Source: a bacterium (GTDB lineage: Bacteria > Krumholzibacteriota > Krumholzibacteriia > LZORAL124-64-63). Taken from it: 64,000 nt of DNA. The position numbers were made by a program, and so were the translations under genes. The notes beneath the pieces are model-generated. The model made no database searches, was not told where the DNA came from, and was given only the letters and a program-made list of their open reading frames with translations. The stretch is taken from assembly GCA_031441465.1 (NCBI GenBank), contig JANOEP010000049.1:15210-79209 (forward strand). The letters run 5' to 3'. Every line of letters begins with the position of its first letter. The first letter of the stretch is position 1. Of this stretch, positions 55,032-64,000 are shown piece by piece.

Positions 55032-56462
55032 TCAGCGGGCGGGGCACCGCGCCAGGATCCAGTCGCGGACCGTGTCCAGGGCGACCGGGTTCATCGTCTC
55101 CTCGATCAGACCGTATTCGGACGGCTGGCCCGTCGCCGCCGTCTGCAGCAGGTGGTTGAGGCCGGGCAGGCGCCGGATCGTCACGTCCTGGTTGCCGCCC
55201 TCGCGCAGCGCGCGTTCGATCTCGGTGAGGTTCTGGTCGGGATCCACCTGCAGATCGCGCTCGCCGTTGACCGCCAGCACGGGGCAGCGCACCCGGCGCA
55301 GCGCCTCGCGGGGGTCCAGCGCCGTCGCGTAACGGAACCACGGCGTGACCAGGCCCGAGATGGTGGCGTCCAGCAAGGCCGTCAGATCGGCCGGATCCTG
55401 CCCGGTGTCCGGTCGCGCCGCCCGCTGATCGCGGATGAGCCGCTCGAGATCCGCTCGGATCGAGGTGCTGTCGGCGCCGGCGGCTAGGCGGTCGAGCACC
55501 AGGCGCGTGCGGGCCAGTTCGGTCTTGACGGTGAGCGAATCCGCCCCGCCCGCCCGCATGATCAGTTCGGACTGGCGCAGGATCACCTCGCCCAGCGGCA
55601 CGCCCGTGCCGGCGAGCATGACCACGAAGCCGACGTCGCCAGGCGCGCGCACGGCGGCCATGGGCGCCGCGATGCCGCCCTCGCTATGCCCGATCAGGCC
55701 GACGCATCCGCCGGCGATCTCCGGGCGCGCGCGCAGCAGCGCGACGCCGGCCAGGGCGTCGTCCGCGAAGTCCGAGGTGGTCGACCGCGTCACCGAGCCG
55801 GTCGAGCCGCCCACGCCGCGGTCGTCGGCGCGCAGTACGGCCAGGCCGCCGCGGGTGAGGTGGTCGGCCAGCACCAAGAAGAACTTGTGGCCGAACAGCT
55901 CCTCGTCGCGGTTCTGCGCACCGCTGCCGGTCAGCAGCACCGCGGCGGGGAAGGGGCCCGCGCCCTCGGGCAGCGTCAGCGTGCCGGCGAGGACGACGTC
56001 GCCGTTGCGGTACGTCACTTCCTCGGTCCGGTAGGGGAAGGGGGGCTTCGGCTCCTGCGGCCGCGCCGGAAGCGCCACGACCTCGCGCCCGAGCCGGAAC
56101 GGAAAGGTCATCCCGTTCTGGGTGAAGTCGCCGGCGACCTTGCCGTCGACGAGCACGCCGCGGAACGTCGGCTGGCCCGGGATCTTGGCGATGACGAACA
56201 CGAGGGAGTCGGCGTCGGCCTTCACGTTCTCGAGCGGCAGGCCGACCGCGCCCTGCATCGGGATGTCGATCGCACCCTTCCAGATCCCACCCTCCGACGC
56301 GAGATCCACCTTGATGGCGAGTTCCTGCCCGGGCAGGACGATGACGCCCTCCCAGTGGCCGGCCGCAGCCGCTGCCGGCGCGTCCGCCCGCGCCGCGGAT
56401 GCGGTGAGCAGGACGAAGGCGCAGGCGAGGATCCGGGCGATCGTGCGTGGCGTGGTCTTCAT
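55032..56462 (-). CDS. Secreted alpha/beta hydrolase (S9/S15-like)
   Basis: Signal peptide from ATG 56462; RPQEPKPPFPY, LAGTLTLP, GSGAQNRDE, GHSEGG nucleophile motif, DLQV, LNHL. Confidence 0.85.
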   Translation of the reverse strand: MKTTPRTIARILACAFVLLTASAARADAPAAAAAGHWEGVIVLPGQELAIKVDLASEGGIWKGAIDIPMQGAVGLPLENVKADADSLVFVIAKIPGQPTFRGVLVDGKVAGDFTQNGMTFPFRLGREVVALPARPQEPKPPFPYRTEEVTYRNGDVVLAGTLTLPEGAGPFPAAVLLTGSGAQNRDEELFGHKFFLVLADHLTRGGLAVLRADDRGVGGSTGSVTRSTTSDFADDALAGVALLRARPEIAGGCVGLIGHSEGGIAAPMAAVRAPGDVGFVVMLAGTGVPLGEVILRQSELIMRAGGADSLTVKTELARTRLVLDRLAAGADSTSIRADLERLIRDQRAARPDTGQDPADLTALLDATISGLVTPWFRYATALDPREALRRVRCPVLAVNGERDLQVDPDQNLTEIERALREGGNQDVTIRRLPGLNHLLQTAATGQPSEYGLIEETMNPVALDTVRDWILARCPAR

Positions 56463-57160
56463 GTCGGGTTCCTGTGGTTGAGGGTGGTCAGCAGCAGCCG
56501 GGGATCGTCCCCGATCAGCAGGTCGGCGCCGAGGGCGGCCATCGCGCGCGCGGCGCCGGCGTCGTTGAGTGTCCAGACGGCCAGGCGGGCGCCGGCGGCG
56601 TGGACCGCGGCCGCGACGCCCGCGGTGACGGCTTCCTTGCGCAGCGACAGGGTGCGTGCGCCGAAGCGCGCCAGCAGGCCGGCCGGATCGCGGCCCGGTT
56701 CGCGGGCGATCACGCCCAGGGGCCAACCGTCCGCAGCGGCCGCCATCGTCGTCAGCAGGTCGGGTTCGAAGGACTGCACCTCGAGATCCAGGCGGCCGCG
56801 CCAGGGGGCGAGTTCGCGCCGCAGGTCCGGCCAGGACCTCATCCCCTTGACCTCGACGAAGACCGTGAACGCGGGCCCGCCCGACGCCAGCAGTCCGAGG
56901 GCGTCCTGCAGCGACGGGATGGTCCCGCCCCGCTTGGCGGGTCTGCCGAGCAAGCCGGCCAGGTCCGTCTCGGCGATCAGCCCGGACGGCGTGTCGGGAT
57001 CGTGGTGGACGACGAAGGCGCCGTCGCGGGTCTGGTGGACGTCGAACTCGACGCCCGCAGCGCCGGATTGCAGAGTCAGCCGGAAGGCCGCCAGGGTGTT
57101 CTCGGGCGCGTGCGCCGAGTCGCCGCGGTGGGCGAGGGTCAGCGGGTTGACGGGCGGCAT
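56459..57160 (-). CDS. Glycerophosphodiester phosphodiesterase family protein
   Basis: AHRG, PENTLAAF, VEFDV, VVHHD, EVK, QSF, WTLN. Confidence 0.88.
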   Translation of the reverse strand: MPPVNPLTLAHRGDSAHAPENTLAAFRLTLQSGAAGVEFDVHQTRDGAFVVHHDPDTPSGLIAETDLAGLLGRPAKRGGTIPSLQDALGLLASGGPAFTVFVEVKGMRSWPDLRRELAPWRGRLDLEVQSFEPDLLTTMAAAADGWPLGVIAREPGRDPAGLLARFGARTLSLRKEAVTAGVAAAVHAAGARLAVWTLNDAGAARAMAALGADLLIGDDPRLLLTTLNHRNPT

Positions 57161-57340
57161 GGCGACGCTCCATTGGGTTCAACGGCTGCCGGTCGACGAT
57201 TGTCCGCCGCCCCGTGCGGCCGTTCAAGTGATATCAGCGCGGTCGTGTGCAGCGGGAGGGACGGTCGGCCGCCGCTGCAAATTCCGATGTCGCGACGGTA
57301 CAGACCGTGATATCGATGCCGGAAGCATGAGGGAGGATCC

Positions 57341-58735
57341 TTGAAGGTTGGACGGCAACGATCGGCGGCGGCACCCCTCGCGGACGGGGCCGCCCTCTCC
57401 CGCGCCCTCGGCTTCCGCGAAGCCCTGTCCCTGGTCGTCGGGCGCATCATCGGCTCCGGCATCTTCCGCACGCCCGGGCCGATCATGGCGCTGACCGGCG
57501 GGGCCGCGCTCTTCTTCGGCGTGTGGGTCCTGGCCGGGGTGATGACCCTGCTGAGCGCCTTGTGCTATGCCGAGCTGGTGGCCATGCTGCCGCGTTCGGG
57601 CGGGCCGTACGCCTACCTCAAGGCCGCTTATCCGCCGTGGTGGGCGTTCCTGAGGGGTTGGGCGATGTTCTTCGTCTCCGAGACGGCGACCATCGCCGCC
57701 GTCGCCCTGGTCTTCGCCGAGTACGCGCGGACGCTCTGGGAGGCGGGCGGCGGCGCGGGTTGGCCGCTGGGTCTCGAGACGGCGACGGCCGCCGGCGGGG
57801 TGTGGCTGCTCACCTGGGTCAACGTGCGGGGCGTGCGGGCCGGAGGGCGCACCCAGAACACGCTCACCGTGTTGAAACTGGCCGCGCTCGCGGCCGTGGC
57901 TTGGGTGGGCCTGACCGCGGCGCGCGGCGCTTCACCCGCCGAGGCCGCAGCGCCGCTCGCCTCGCCCGGCGGCTGGGCCGCGGTGCTGGCCGTCGGCGCG
58001 TCGCTGCGCTACGCCTTCTTCGCCTTCAGCGGCTGGGAAGGCGCCACCTACGTGGCGGAGGAAGTGCGCGAGCCGGAGCGCAACCTGCCGCGCTCGCTGC
58101 TGCTGGGCATCGCCGTGGTGATGGCGACCTACCTGCTGGTCAACGCCGCCTACCTGCGCCAGCTCGGGCCCGCGGGCATGGCCGGCGCGAAGCAGGTCGC
58201 CGCCGACGCGATGCGGGCTGCGCTCGGTCCGGCCGGCGTGGTGCTGATCGCGCTCGCGGTGGTGCTGAGCACCTTCGGCAACATCAATGCACAGGTCCTG
58301 GTCAAGGCCCGCACCTGGCACGCGATGGCCCGGGACGGCCTCTTCCCGGCCGTGTTCGGCGGCGTCCACGCCCGGCACCACACGCCGGTCGGGGCGCTGG
58401 TCGCCCAGGGCGTCTGGGCGACGGTCCTGCTGGTTGCGGCCGGTCTCGCCGGCCGTTCCTACGAGACGGTCATCGACTTCTTCGCCTTCACCTCGGCGGT
58501 CTTCAACCTGTCGACCTTCGCCGCGGTCGCGATCCTGCGCCGCCGCCTGCCCGACGCGCCGCGCCCGTTCCGCGTGCCGGGCTGGCCCTGGACGCTCGGC
58601 GTCGTGCTGGTCATCCAGGCGGCGTTCCTGGTGGTCACGGCGATCACGGCGCCCCTGCCGTCGCTGCTGGGCGCCCTGCTCACGCTGACCGGTCTGCTGT
58701 GGTATTTCCGGCGGGGCCGGCTCCGGTCGGCCTAA
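57341..58735 (+). CDS. APC-family amino acid permease
   Basis: IIGSGIF, YAEL...P.SGGPYAY, FAFSGWE...EEVREPERNLP, AMARDG, RPFRVP. Confidence 0.88.
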   Translation: MKVGRQRSAAAPLADGAALSRALGFREALSLVVGRIIGSGIFRTPGPIMALTGGAALFFGVWVLAGVMTLLSALCYAELVAMLPRSGGPYAYLKAAYPPWWAFLRGWAMFFVSETATIAAVALVFAEYARTLWEAGGGAGWPLGLETATAAGGVWLLTWVNVRGVRAGGRTQNTLTVLKLAALAAVAWVGLTAARGASPAEAAAPLASPGGWAAVLAVGASLRYAFFAFSGWEGATYVAEEVREPERNLPRSLLLGIAVVMATYLLVNAAYLRQLGPAGMAGAKQVAADAMRAALGPAGVVLIALAVVLSTFGNINAQVLVKARTWHAMARDGLFPAVFGGVHARHHTPVGALVAQGVWATVLLVAAGLAGRSYETVIDFFAFTSAVFNLSTFAAVAILRRRLPDAPRPFRVPGWPWTLGVVLVIQAAFLVVTAITAPLPSLLGALLTLTGLLWYFRRGRLRSA

Positions 58736-58915
58736 TTCGATGACTGGCATACCGTTCCAGGACCGATCGGCAACGTGGGACTGTATCCTCAATGATCACG
58801 TTTTTGTGATTAATTCCTCCCGATCGGATGTAATTATGATAATATGTACGCCGTCGTGTGCAGGGGTCTACCACCGTGGCACACAGAAACGCACTTCAGA
58901 CGTAGGGGGACGAGA

Positions 58916-59764
58916 ATGAATATCAAGGCAATGTTCCGCAAGCACGCATTGGTCGTGCTGCCGGTCCTGTTCCTGATCGCCGCCAGCCCGGCGCTGGCCA
59001 CCCACATCGAGACGTTCAGCGGCACGGCCGACTGCTCGGGCTTCGTCGTCAACGCTACGGTCGTCTTCCGCACCTACCCGATCGTGGTCGGGCAGGCCCT
59101 GGTCGACTACAACGTGGTTCTCTCCCAGGCCGGCGCACCCGTCCAGACGCGGTCCGGCCAGGTCGTCATCGTACCCGCGTCACCCGTCATCAGCCTGGCC
59201 GGACTCTGGGACGGCGATCTGTGCGGCGATTACACGGTCGCCGGCACCATCGTCCTGACCACTCCGGCCTACCCGTCGGACAACGCCGACGTCCGCAACA
59301 CGCGCACCTTTGCGGCGACCTTCAACTGCGACTGCCCTGAGCAGGACGCCTGCCACTACACTCCCGGCTACTGGAAGAATCACGCCAGCGTCTGGCCGAT
59401 GACCAGCTTCAGCCTCGGCAACGCGGCCTACAACCAGTCGCAGCTGCTCGCGATCCTGCGCCAGCCGGTGCGCGGCGACGCCACGATCATCCTCGCCCAC
59501 CACCTGATCGCGGCCATGCTAAACGTCGCCAACGGCGCCAGCACCGGCATCCAGGGGGACATCGACGACGCCAACGACTTCCTGGCCGCGCATCCGCTCG
59601 GTAGCAACCCCTCGGACCCCGCGCGCTCGCAGGGGCTGGCGATCAAGAATCTCTTGGCTGGTTACAACGAGATGGGTTGCCCCGACGGCGCCGACAAGGG
59701 CCTGCCGCTGGACGGCGAAGACGCGGCCAGCAGCTGGGGCGAGCTGAAGGCCATCTACCGCTGA
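58916..59764 (+). CDS. Secreted hypothetical protein (TPGYWKNH domain) with C-terminal WGxxKxxYR tail
   Basis: Signal peptide; [11 protein letters not shown]...[11 protein letters not shown]; ends [15 protein letters not shown]. Confidence 0.78.
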   Translation: MNIKAMFRKHALVVLPVLFLIAASPALATHIETFSGTADCSGFVVNATVVFRTYPIVVGQALVDYNVVLSQAGAPVQTRSGQVVIVPASPVISLAGLWDGDLCGDYTVAGTIVLTTPAYPSDNADVRNTRTFAATFNCDCPEQDACHYTPGYWKNHASVWPMTSFSLGNAAYNQSQLLAILRQPVRGDATIILAHHLIAAMLNVANGASTGIQGDIDDANDFLAAHPLGSNPSDPARSQGLAIKNLLAGYNEMGCPDGADKGLPLDGEDAASSWGELKAIYR

Positions 59765-59794
59765 TCCCGCCGTCACCGAGGTGACCGCGGTCTT

Positions 59795-59829
59795 GAGGGG
59801 GCGTCCTTCCGGGGACGCCCCTTCGTTCG
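59795..59829 (+). terminator. Terminator hairpin; target of the group IIC intron
   Basis: GGGGCGTCC-ttccgg-GGACGCCCC followed by TTCGTTCG, then the intron 5' end. Confidence 0.8.
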
Positions 59830-61715
59830 GTGCGCCCGGCAGGGCGCACTCACTAGGAGGTGCAAGTCCTCTACAGACCCGACAGGGGGAACTGTTAGCC
59901 GAACGGCAAGGGCTGCCACCGCGAGGTGGGGTCTGAAGGAAGCCGCCGGCAAAGCACTGGCCCGACGAACAGAAATCGCATACGAGGCGTCCGTGCCGGG
60001 CGAGGAGTCCGAGCCCTCTAAAGCCCAGTACCTGTCCGGAAGGCGCGGCCGTAGATGCGGCGGGCATAAGTGTGAAGGTGGGTGTGCATTACCCGGGGAG
60101 ATCTGTCGACCTGCCTTGTGCTACGGCCGCCGCGAGGCGGTCGGAAGGGTCGGCAGAAGTCAGCCGAGGGCATAGTAGGCCGTTCGATCCGGCTGAAGGC
60201 CCGAACATGGACATGGAGCAGGAGATCCGGACCTCGATGGCCAATCACGACACAGACCGTTCGGCTGGGATGCCGGGCACCATCCCTGAGGGTAGCGGGC
60301 GGAACCCGCGAGAGTACGGGGCCGGGGTGTCGATGGCTGCGATGGACTGGAACCACTTCCGCTCGGAGACGACACAATTGATGAACGCGGTGGTCGAACG
60401 CGAGAACATGGTGACGGCCTTGCGCCGGGTGGAAAGGAACAAGGGAGCCGCCGGGATCGATGGGATGCCGGTCAGCGAGCTTCGTTCTCATCTCCAGGAG
60501 CACTGGCCCCGGATCAGGGAAGAGCTGCTCAGCGGCAGCTACCGGCCGTCGGCGGTGAGGGAAGTCCTGATCCCGAAGCCCGGCGGCAAAGGGATGCGCA
60601 AGCTCGGCATCCCGACGGTGGTTGACCGTCTGATCCAGCAGGCTCTGCATCAGGTGTTGAGCCCGATCTTCGACCCCTTCTTCAGCCCCCACAGCTACGG
60701 GTTCCGCCCCGGCCGCAGTGCGCATCAGGCCGTGCTCCAGGCGCGGGAGTATGTGTCCGACGGTCGCCGGTGGGTCGTGGACATGGATCTGGAGAAGTTC
60801 TTCGACCACGTGGACCACGACATCCTGATGTCGCGGGTCGGTCGAAGGGTCGGGGATCGGCGGGTCCTTGCCGTGATCCGTCGCTATCTGCAGGCCGGGA
60901 CGATGGCCGGAGGCTTGGAGTCTCCGCGTCAGGAAGGCACGCCGCAAGGCGGCCCCCTGTCGCCGCTGCTGTCGAACATCCTGCTGGACGATCTGGACAA
61001 GGAACTGGAGCGACGCGGGCACACGTTCTGCCGTTATGCTGACGACTGCAATGTCTATGTGCGGTCCCGGCGAGCGGGCGAGCGGGTGCTGGCGTCCCTG
61101 ACCAGCTATCTGCAGAAACGGTTGAAGTTGAAGGTGAACGCGACCAAGAGCGCGGTCGACCGTCCATGGCAGCGCCGGTTCCTCGGCTACTCGCTGACGA
61201 TGCACAAGCAGCCGCGGCTGAAGGTCGCCCCTGCGAGCGTGCAGCGTCTGCGGGACAAGCTGAGGGCGGTGTTCCGCCGCGGTCGTGGCCGCAATCTGGG
61301 TCGGCTGATCACCGAAGACTTGCAGCCGCTGCTGCGTGGCTGGATCAACTACTTCCGGCTGGCTGAGGTCAAGGGCGTCTTCGATGAGCTGGACGGGAGG
61401 ATCCGCCGGAAGCTGCGGAACATCCTCTGGCGGCAATGGAAGCGCCCTGGGACCCGGGGCCGGAAGTTGATGCAGCGGGGGTTGGACGAGGTCAGGGCGT
61501 GGCGATCGGCCGCCAACGGGCGTGGCCCGTGGTGGAACTCCTGGGCCTCACACCTGAACCAGGCCCTTCCCCGGAGCTACTTCGATCGCTGTGGTCTCGT
61601 GAATCTGCAGAACGAGTTGCGCCGACTCCAATATGTCCCATGAACCGCCGTGGTACGTGAACCGTATGCCCGGTGGTGTGGGAGGGTGAGGTCGCGAGGC
61701 CTCACCCTACCCGAT
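59830..61715 (+). mobile_element. Group II intron, bacterial class C (IIC)
   Basis: 5' GTGCG at 59830; domain V AACCGCCGTGGTACGTGAACCGTATGCCCGGTGGTGT with CGC triad (~61643-61680); domain VI ending CCCTACCCGAT at 61715; inserted directly after a terminator stem. Confidence 0.93.
60237..61643 (+). CDS. ltrA: Group II intron reverse transcriptase/maturase (no endonuclease domain)
   Basis: NKGAAGIDG, IPKPGG..RKLGIPTV.DR, SYGFRPGRS, DLEKFFD, GTPQGGPLSPLL, RYADD, GWINYF; exact start uncertain (60207/60213/60237). Confidence 0.93.
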   Translation: MANHDTDRSAGMPGTIPEGSGRNPREYGAGVSMAAMDWNHFRSETTQLMNAVVERENMVTALRRVERNKGAAGIDGMPVSELRSHLQEHWPRIREELLSGSYRPSAVREVLIPKPGGKGMRKLGIPTVVDRLIQQALHQVLSPIFDPFFSPHSYGFRPGRSAHQAVLQAREYVSDGRRWVVDMDLEKFFDHVDHDILMSRVGRRVGDRRVLAVIRRYLQAGTMAGGLESPRQEGTPQGGPLSPLLSNILLDDLDKELERRGHTFCRYADDCNVYVRSRRAGERVLASLTSYLQKRLKLKVNATKSAVDRPWQRRFLGYSLTMHKQPRLKVAPASVQRLRDKLRAVFRRGRGRNLGRLITEDLQPLLRGWINYFRLAEVKGVFDELDGRIRRKLRNILWRQWKRPGTRGRKLMQRGLDEVRAWRSAANGRGPWWNSWASHLNQALPRSYFDRCGLVNLQNELRRLQYVP

Positions 61716-61716
61716 T

Positions 61717-62676
61717 TCAGTCGACGATTTCCAGACCCCGCCGGCGGATCGCGCCGCCGAGGGTTTCCTCGGTCGCCTTCATGTGGCAGCCGGTGAGGCC
61801 GAACTGGACGTAGATCGACTGGAATTCGTCGCGGACCTCCGCGTAGATGCCGGGCCATTCGGCCGGCGGGATGTCCAGCGACGAGAAGGCCCGGTCGATC
61901 AGCGCGTCGCAGCGGGCGGGTTCGCGGCAGAGGCAGCTGGACAGCAGCGAGGCCGTCGCGATGCACGGTGCGACCGAGTCGCCCAGACCCGCCTCCACGA
62001 TCTGCTGGGGCGTCGCGGTGTGGGCGCCGACCAGATCGACCATCCGCTCCGGGAACTTCCAGGAGCGCAGGATCCAGGCGCCGGCCCGGCCGTGGTCCCA
62101 GCCGTGGGTCTCGCGCTCGATCTCGGCCAGCGGCCGCCGGCTGCGGCGCCACTCGGTGAGCATCGGCTCGTAGAACGTCTGGCAACCGGTCAGCAGCACC
62201 GGCACCGCCACGTCGGCCACCAGCATGGCCGTGAAGGCGGCTTCCGCTTCCCCCGGCCGGCAGCGCCGGGCCAGCGAGCGGGCGAGCAGCGAGCGCAGCA
62301 GGGTGTCGGTCCAGTAGGCCTCGTGCCGGAACAGCTCTCCCGGCGGCTTGGGCAGCGCGTCGTGCACCGAGTAGCCCAGGATCACCGAGCGGACCCGGTC
62401 GAATCCCAGCAGGCTGATGGCGTGCCGGACGCTGGTGACCTCGTTCCGCAAGGCGAACAGCGACGAGTTGATGGTCGTCATGATCCTGACGCTCAGCTCC
62501 AGCTCGGCGCCGATGATCGTCTCGAGCTTCAAGATGTCCGGATCCGCGCGGTTGACCTCTTCCAGCACCTTCGCCACGGCCGCGGGCAGCGGCGGCAGCT
62601 TCACGCGGGCGAACATCACGTCGAAGTTCCCGTCCGCGACGGCGGTGTGCATCTTCAGCGAGTCGAGCAGGCCCAT
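61717..62676 (-). CDS. HDOD domain protein (paralog 2)
   Basis: LPPLP, INSSLFAL...VTSVRHAISLLG, WDH..GAWILRSWKFP. Confidence 0.85.
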   Translation of the reverse strand: MGLLDSLKMHTAVADGNFDVMFARVKLPPLPAAVAKVLEEVNRADPDILKLETIIGAELELSVRIMTTINSSLFALRNEVTSVRHAISLLGFDRVRSVILGYSVHDALPKPPGELFRHEAYWTDTLLRSLLARSLARRCRPGEAEAAFTAMLVADVAVPVLLTGCQTFYEPMLTEWRRSRRPLAEIERETHGWDHGRAGAWILRSWKFPERMVDLVGAHTATPQQIVEAGLGDSVAPCIATASLLSSCLCREPARCDALIDRAFSSLDIPPAEWPGIYAEVRDEFQSIYVQFGLTGCHMKATEETLGGAIRRRGLEIVD

Positions 62677-62700
62677 GGCGGTGTCGCCTTCCGGTATCGG

Positions 62701-63630
62701 TCAGTGGTTGGTCGTTTCCTGCAGCACGTTCAGCACCTCGAGGGCGAGGTGGCCGGCGAGTTCGAATTCCGTGCAGATGGCACCGAAGCTGTCGCGCACC
62801 TGGTCGTGGATCGCCGGCCAGGCCGGCGGCGCGATGTTCAGCTCCTTGCGGGCGACGCGGATCAGGTTGCGGCAGCGGGCCGCGTCCGGCTTGAGCGCGC
62901 TGGGCAGCAGCGAGGCCACCATCACCGGCAACGCCACGGTGTTGGTCAGCCCCTGTTGGCGGATCTGTTCGGCGCTGCAGTTGTGGGCGCCGGCGATCGT
63001 CACCAGCGTGGGCGGGAATTCCCATTTTTCGAGGATCCAGGCGCTGGCCAGGGCGTGGTCCCAGCCCACATGGTCGCGCTCGAGCTGCGCCAGCTCGTTC
63101 GGCTGGCCGCTCCAGCGCGCGAAGACCGACAGGTAGGTGTCGGCGTAGACGGTCAGCAGGATGGGCACGGAGATGTCCGCCAGCATCATCGCCGTGAACG
63201 CCTCCTCCTCGTCGCCGAGGCCGGAGCGCCGCGACAGGATGCGGGCCAGCAGCGAGCGCAGCAGGGTGTCGGTCCAGAACGCCTCGTGCTTGAAGAGGCG
63301 CGTCGGCGGGTGCGGCACCGATTCGAGGACCGCGTAGCTCAGCACGATCGAGCGGATGCGGTCCACCCCGAGCAGCGCCACGGCGTGGCGGATCGAGGTC
63401 ACCTGGGTACGCAGGGCGAAGTGCGAGGAGTTGATCGTGCGCAGCACCTTGGCGCTGATCAGCGGTTCCGTCGCGATGATGCGCTCGATGCGCCCGACCT
63501 CGGCCTCGGGGCTGTTGACCTCCGCCAGCAATCGCGACACGGCCGCCGGCAGCACCGGCAGCTTGACGTGCTGAAACGCCGCGGTGAATTCGTCCCTGAA
63601 CGTGCCGGGACCATGCGTAACGACATCCAT
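62701..63630 (-). CDS. HDOD domain protein (paralog 1)
   Basis: LPVLP, EPLISAKVLRTINSSHFAL...VTSIRHAVALLG, WDHA..AWILEKWEFP; ATG 63630 follows GGAG. Confidence 0.85.
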   Translation of the reverse strand: MDVVTHGPGTFRDEFTAAFQHVKLPVLPAAVSRLLAEVNSPEAEVGRIERIIATEPLISAKVLRTINSSHFALRTQVTSIRHAVALLGVDRIRSIVLSYAVLESVPHPPTRLFKHEAFWTDTLLRSLLARILSRRSGLGDEEEAFTAMMLADISVPILLTVYADTYLSVFARWSGQPNELAQLERDHVGWDHALASAWILEKWEFPPTLVTIAGAHNCSAEQIRQQGLTNTVALPVMVASLLPSALKPDAARCRNLIRVARKELNIAPPAWPAIHDQVRDSFGAICTEFELAGHLALEVLNVLQETTNH

Positions 63631-63683
63631 GACGGGCTCCATGGGCGATGGAGAGCTCGGCGAAGGTACAGTAGTTGTTCAAG

Positions 63684-63710
63684 TTTTCGGCCACTCCCGC
63701 ATCGACTTGA
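63684..63710 (-). promoter_or_regulatory. Sigma28 (FliA)-like promoter upstream of the HDOD pair
   Basis: Minus strand TCAA-15 bp-GCCGAAAA versus consensus TAAA-N15-GCCGATAA. Confidence 0.5.
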
Positions 63711-63735
63711 GGGTTTCGGCCATGGCCGAACCGGC

Positions 63736-63999
63736 TCAGCGGACCAGGCGGCAGCCTAGAGCGATGGAGAGGAACTTGGATTCCTCGGAGTCCGCGCGGC
63801 TGGTCAAGACGCAGGGCGCGCTCGTGCCCACGACCGCGGCGGCGAGGCGGCCGCCGGACAGCAGCGTGCCCGCCTTGTAGAAGATGTTGCCGCTCTCGAT
63901 GTTGGGGAAGACCAGGATGTCCGCCGCGCCGCCCAGCGGCGAGACCAGGCCCTTGATGTCGCAGGCCTCGGGCGAGATGGCGACGTCCAGGGCCAGGGG
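63736..63999 (-). CDS. ptb: Phosphate butyryl/acetyltransferase, C-terminal part
   Basis: Translated by hand: PLALDVAIS.EA...KG...GGAADILVFPNIESGNIFYK...VGTSAPCVLTSRADS. Confidence 0.82.
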   Translation of the reverse strand, partial: PLALDVAISPEACDIKGLVSPLGGAADILVFPNIESGNIFYKAGTLLSGGRLAAAVVGTSAPCVLTSRADSEESKFLSIALGCRLVR

Positions 64000-64000
64000 C

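Noticed and set aside
58876..58893. TGGCAC...ACGCA as a second sigma54 promoter
   Set aside because: The GG-GC spacing is one base too long, and sigma54 spacing is strict
60072..61643. RT as a retron, DGR or defence RT
   Set aside because: It has a maturase domain and is flanked by a canonical group II intron 5' end, domain V and domain VI; no template/variable repeat pair was seen

Overview
A very GC-rich bacterial chromosomal window, probably from an FCB-group lineage such as Krumholzibacteriota/Latescibacterota; this is inferred from the FlgD-type C-terminal domains and a PorV-like gene. Recognisable housekeeping and envelope genes are ptrB (partial), namZ, a murU-amgK fusion, arcA, gpmI, a stand-alone rpsD, hldD with LPS glycosyltransferases, a TolC-MFP-RND pump, CYTH-CHAD plus sixA, a Ser/Thr kinase, mtgA, a GDPD, an APC permease, two HDOD genes and a partial ptb. 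RNA-level features are a TPP-riboswitch-controlled thiamine uptake/salvage operon, a UGA-recoded HesB-like selenoprotein and a complete class IIC group II intron inserted behind a terminator. Three things stand out. (1) A ~15 kb operon behind a sigma54-type promoter joins a 2,260-aa repetitive surface protein with a T9SS-like CTD and a PorV-like barrel to a TPR scaffold, ExbB, two ExbDs, TonB and an OmpA-like anchor. (2) Five otherwise largely unrelated secreted proteins end in the same short tail, [ST/A]-[WF]-G-x-[VL]-K-x-x-Y-[RK]-stop. (3) One OB-fold passenger family occurs either with that tail or with a FlgD/T9SS-type CTD, which points to a candidate undescribed C-terminal sorting system. 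All functional calls come from motif recognition by eye; no database searches were run.
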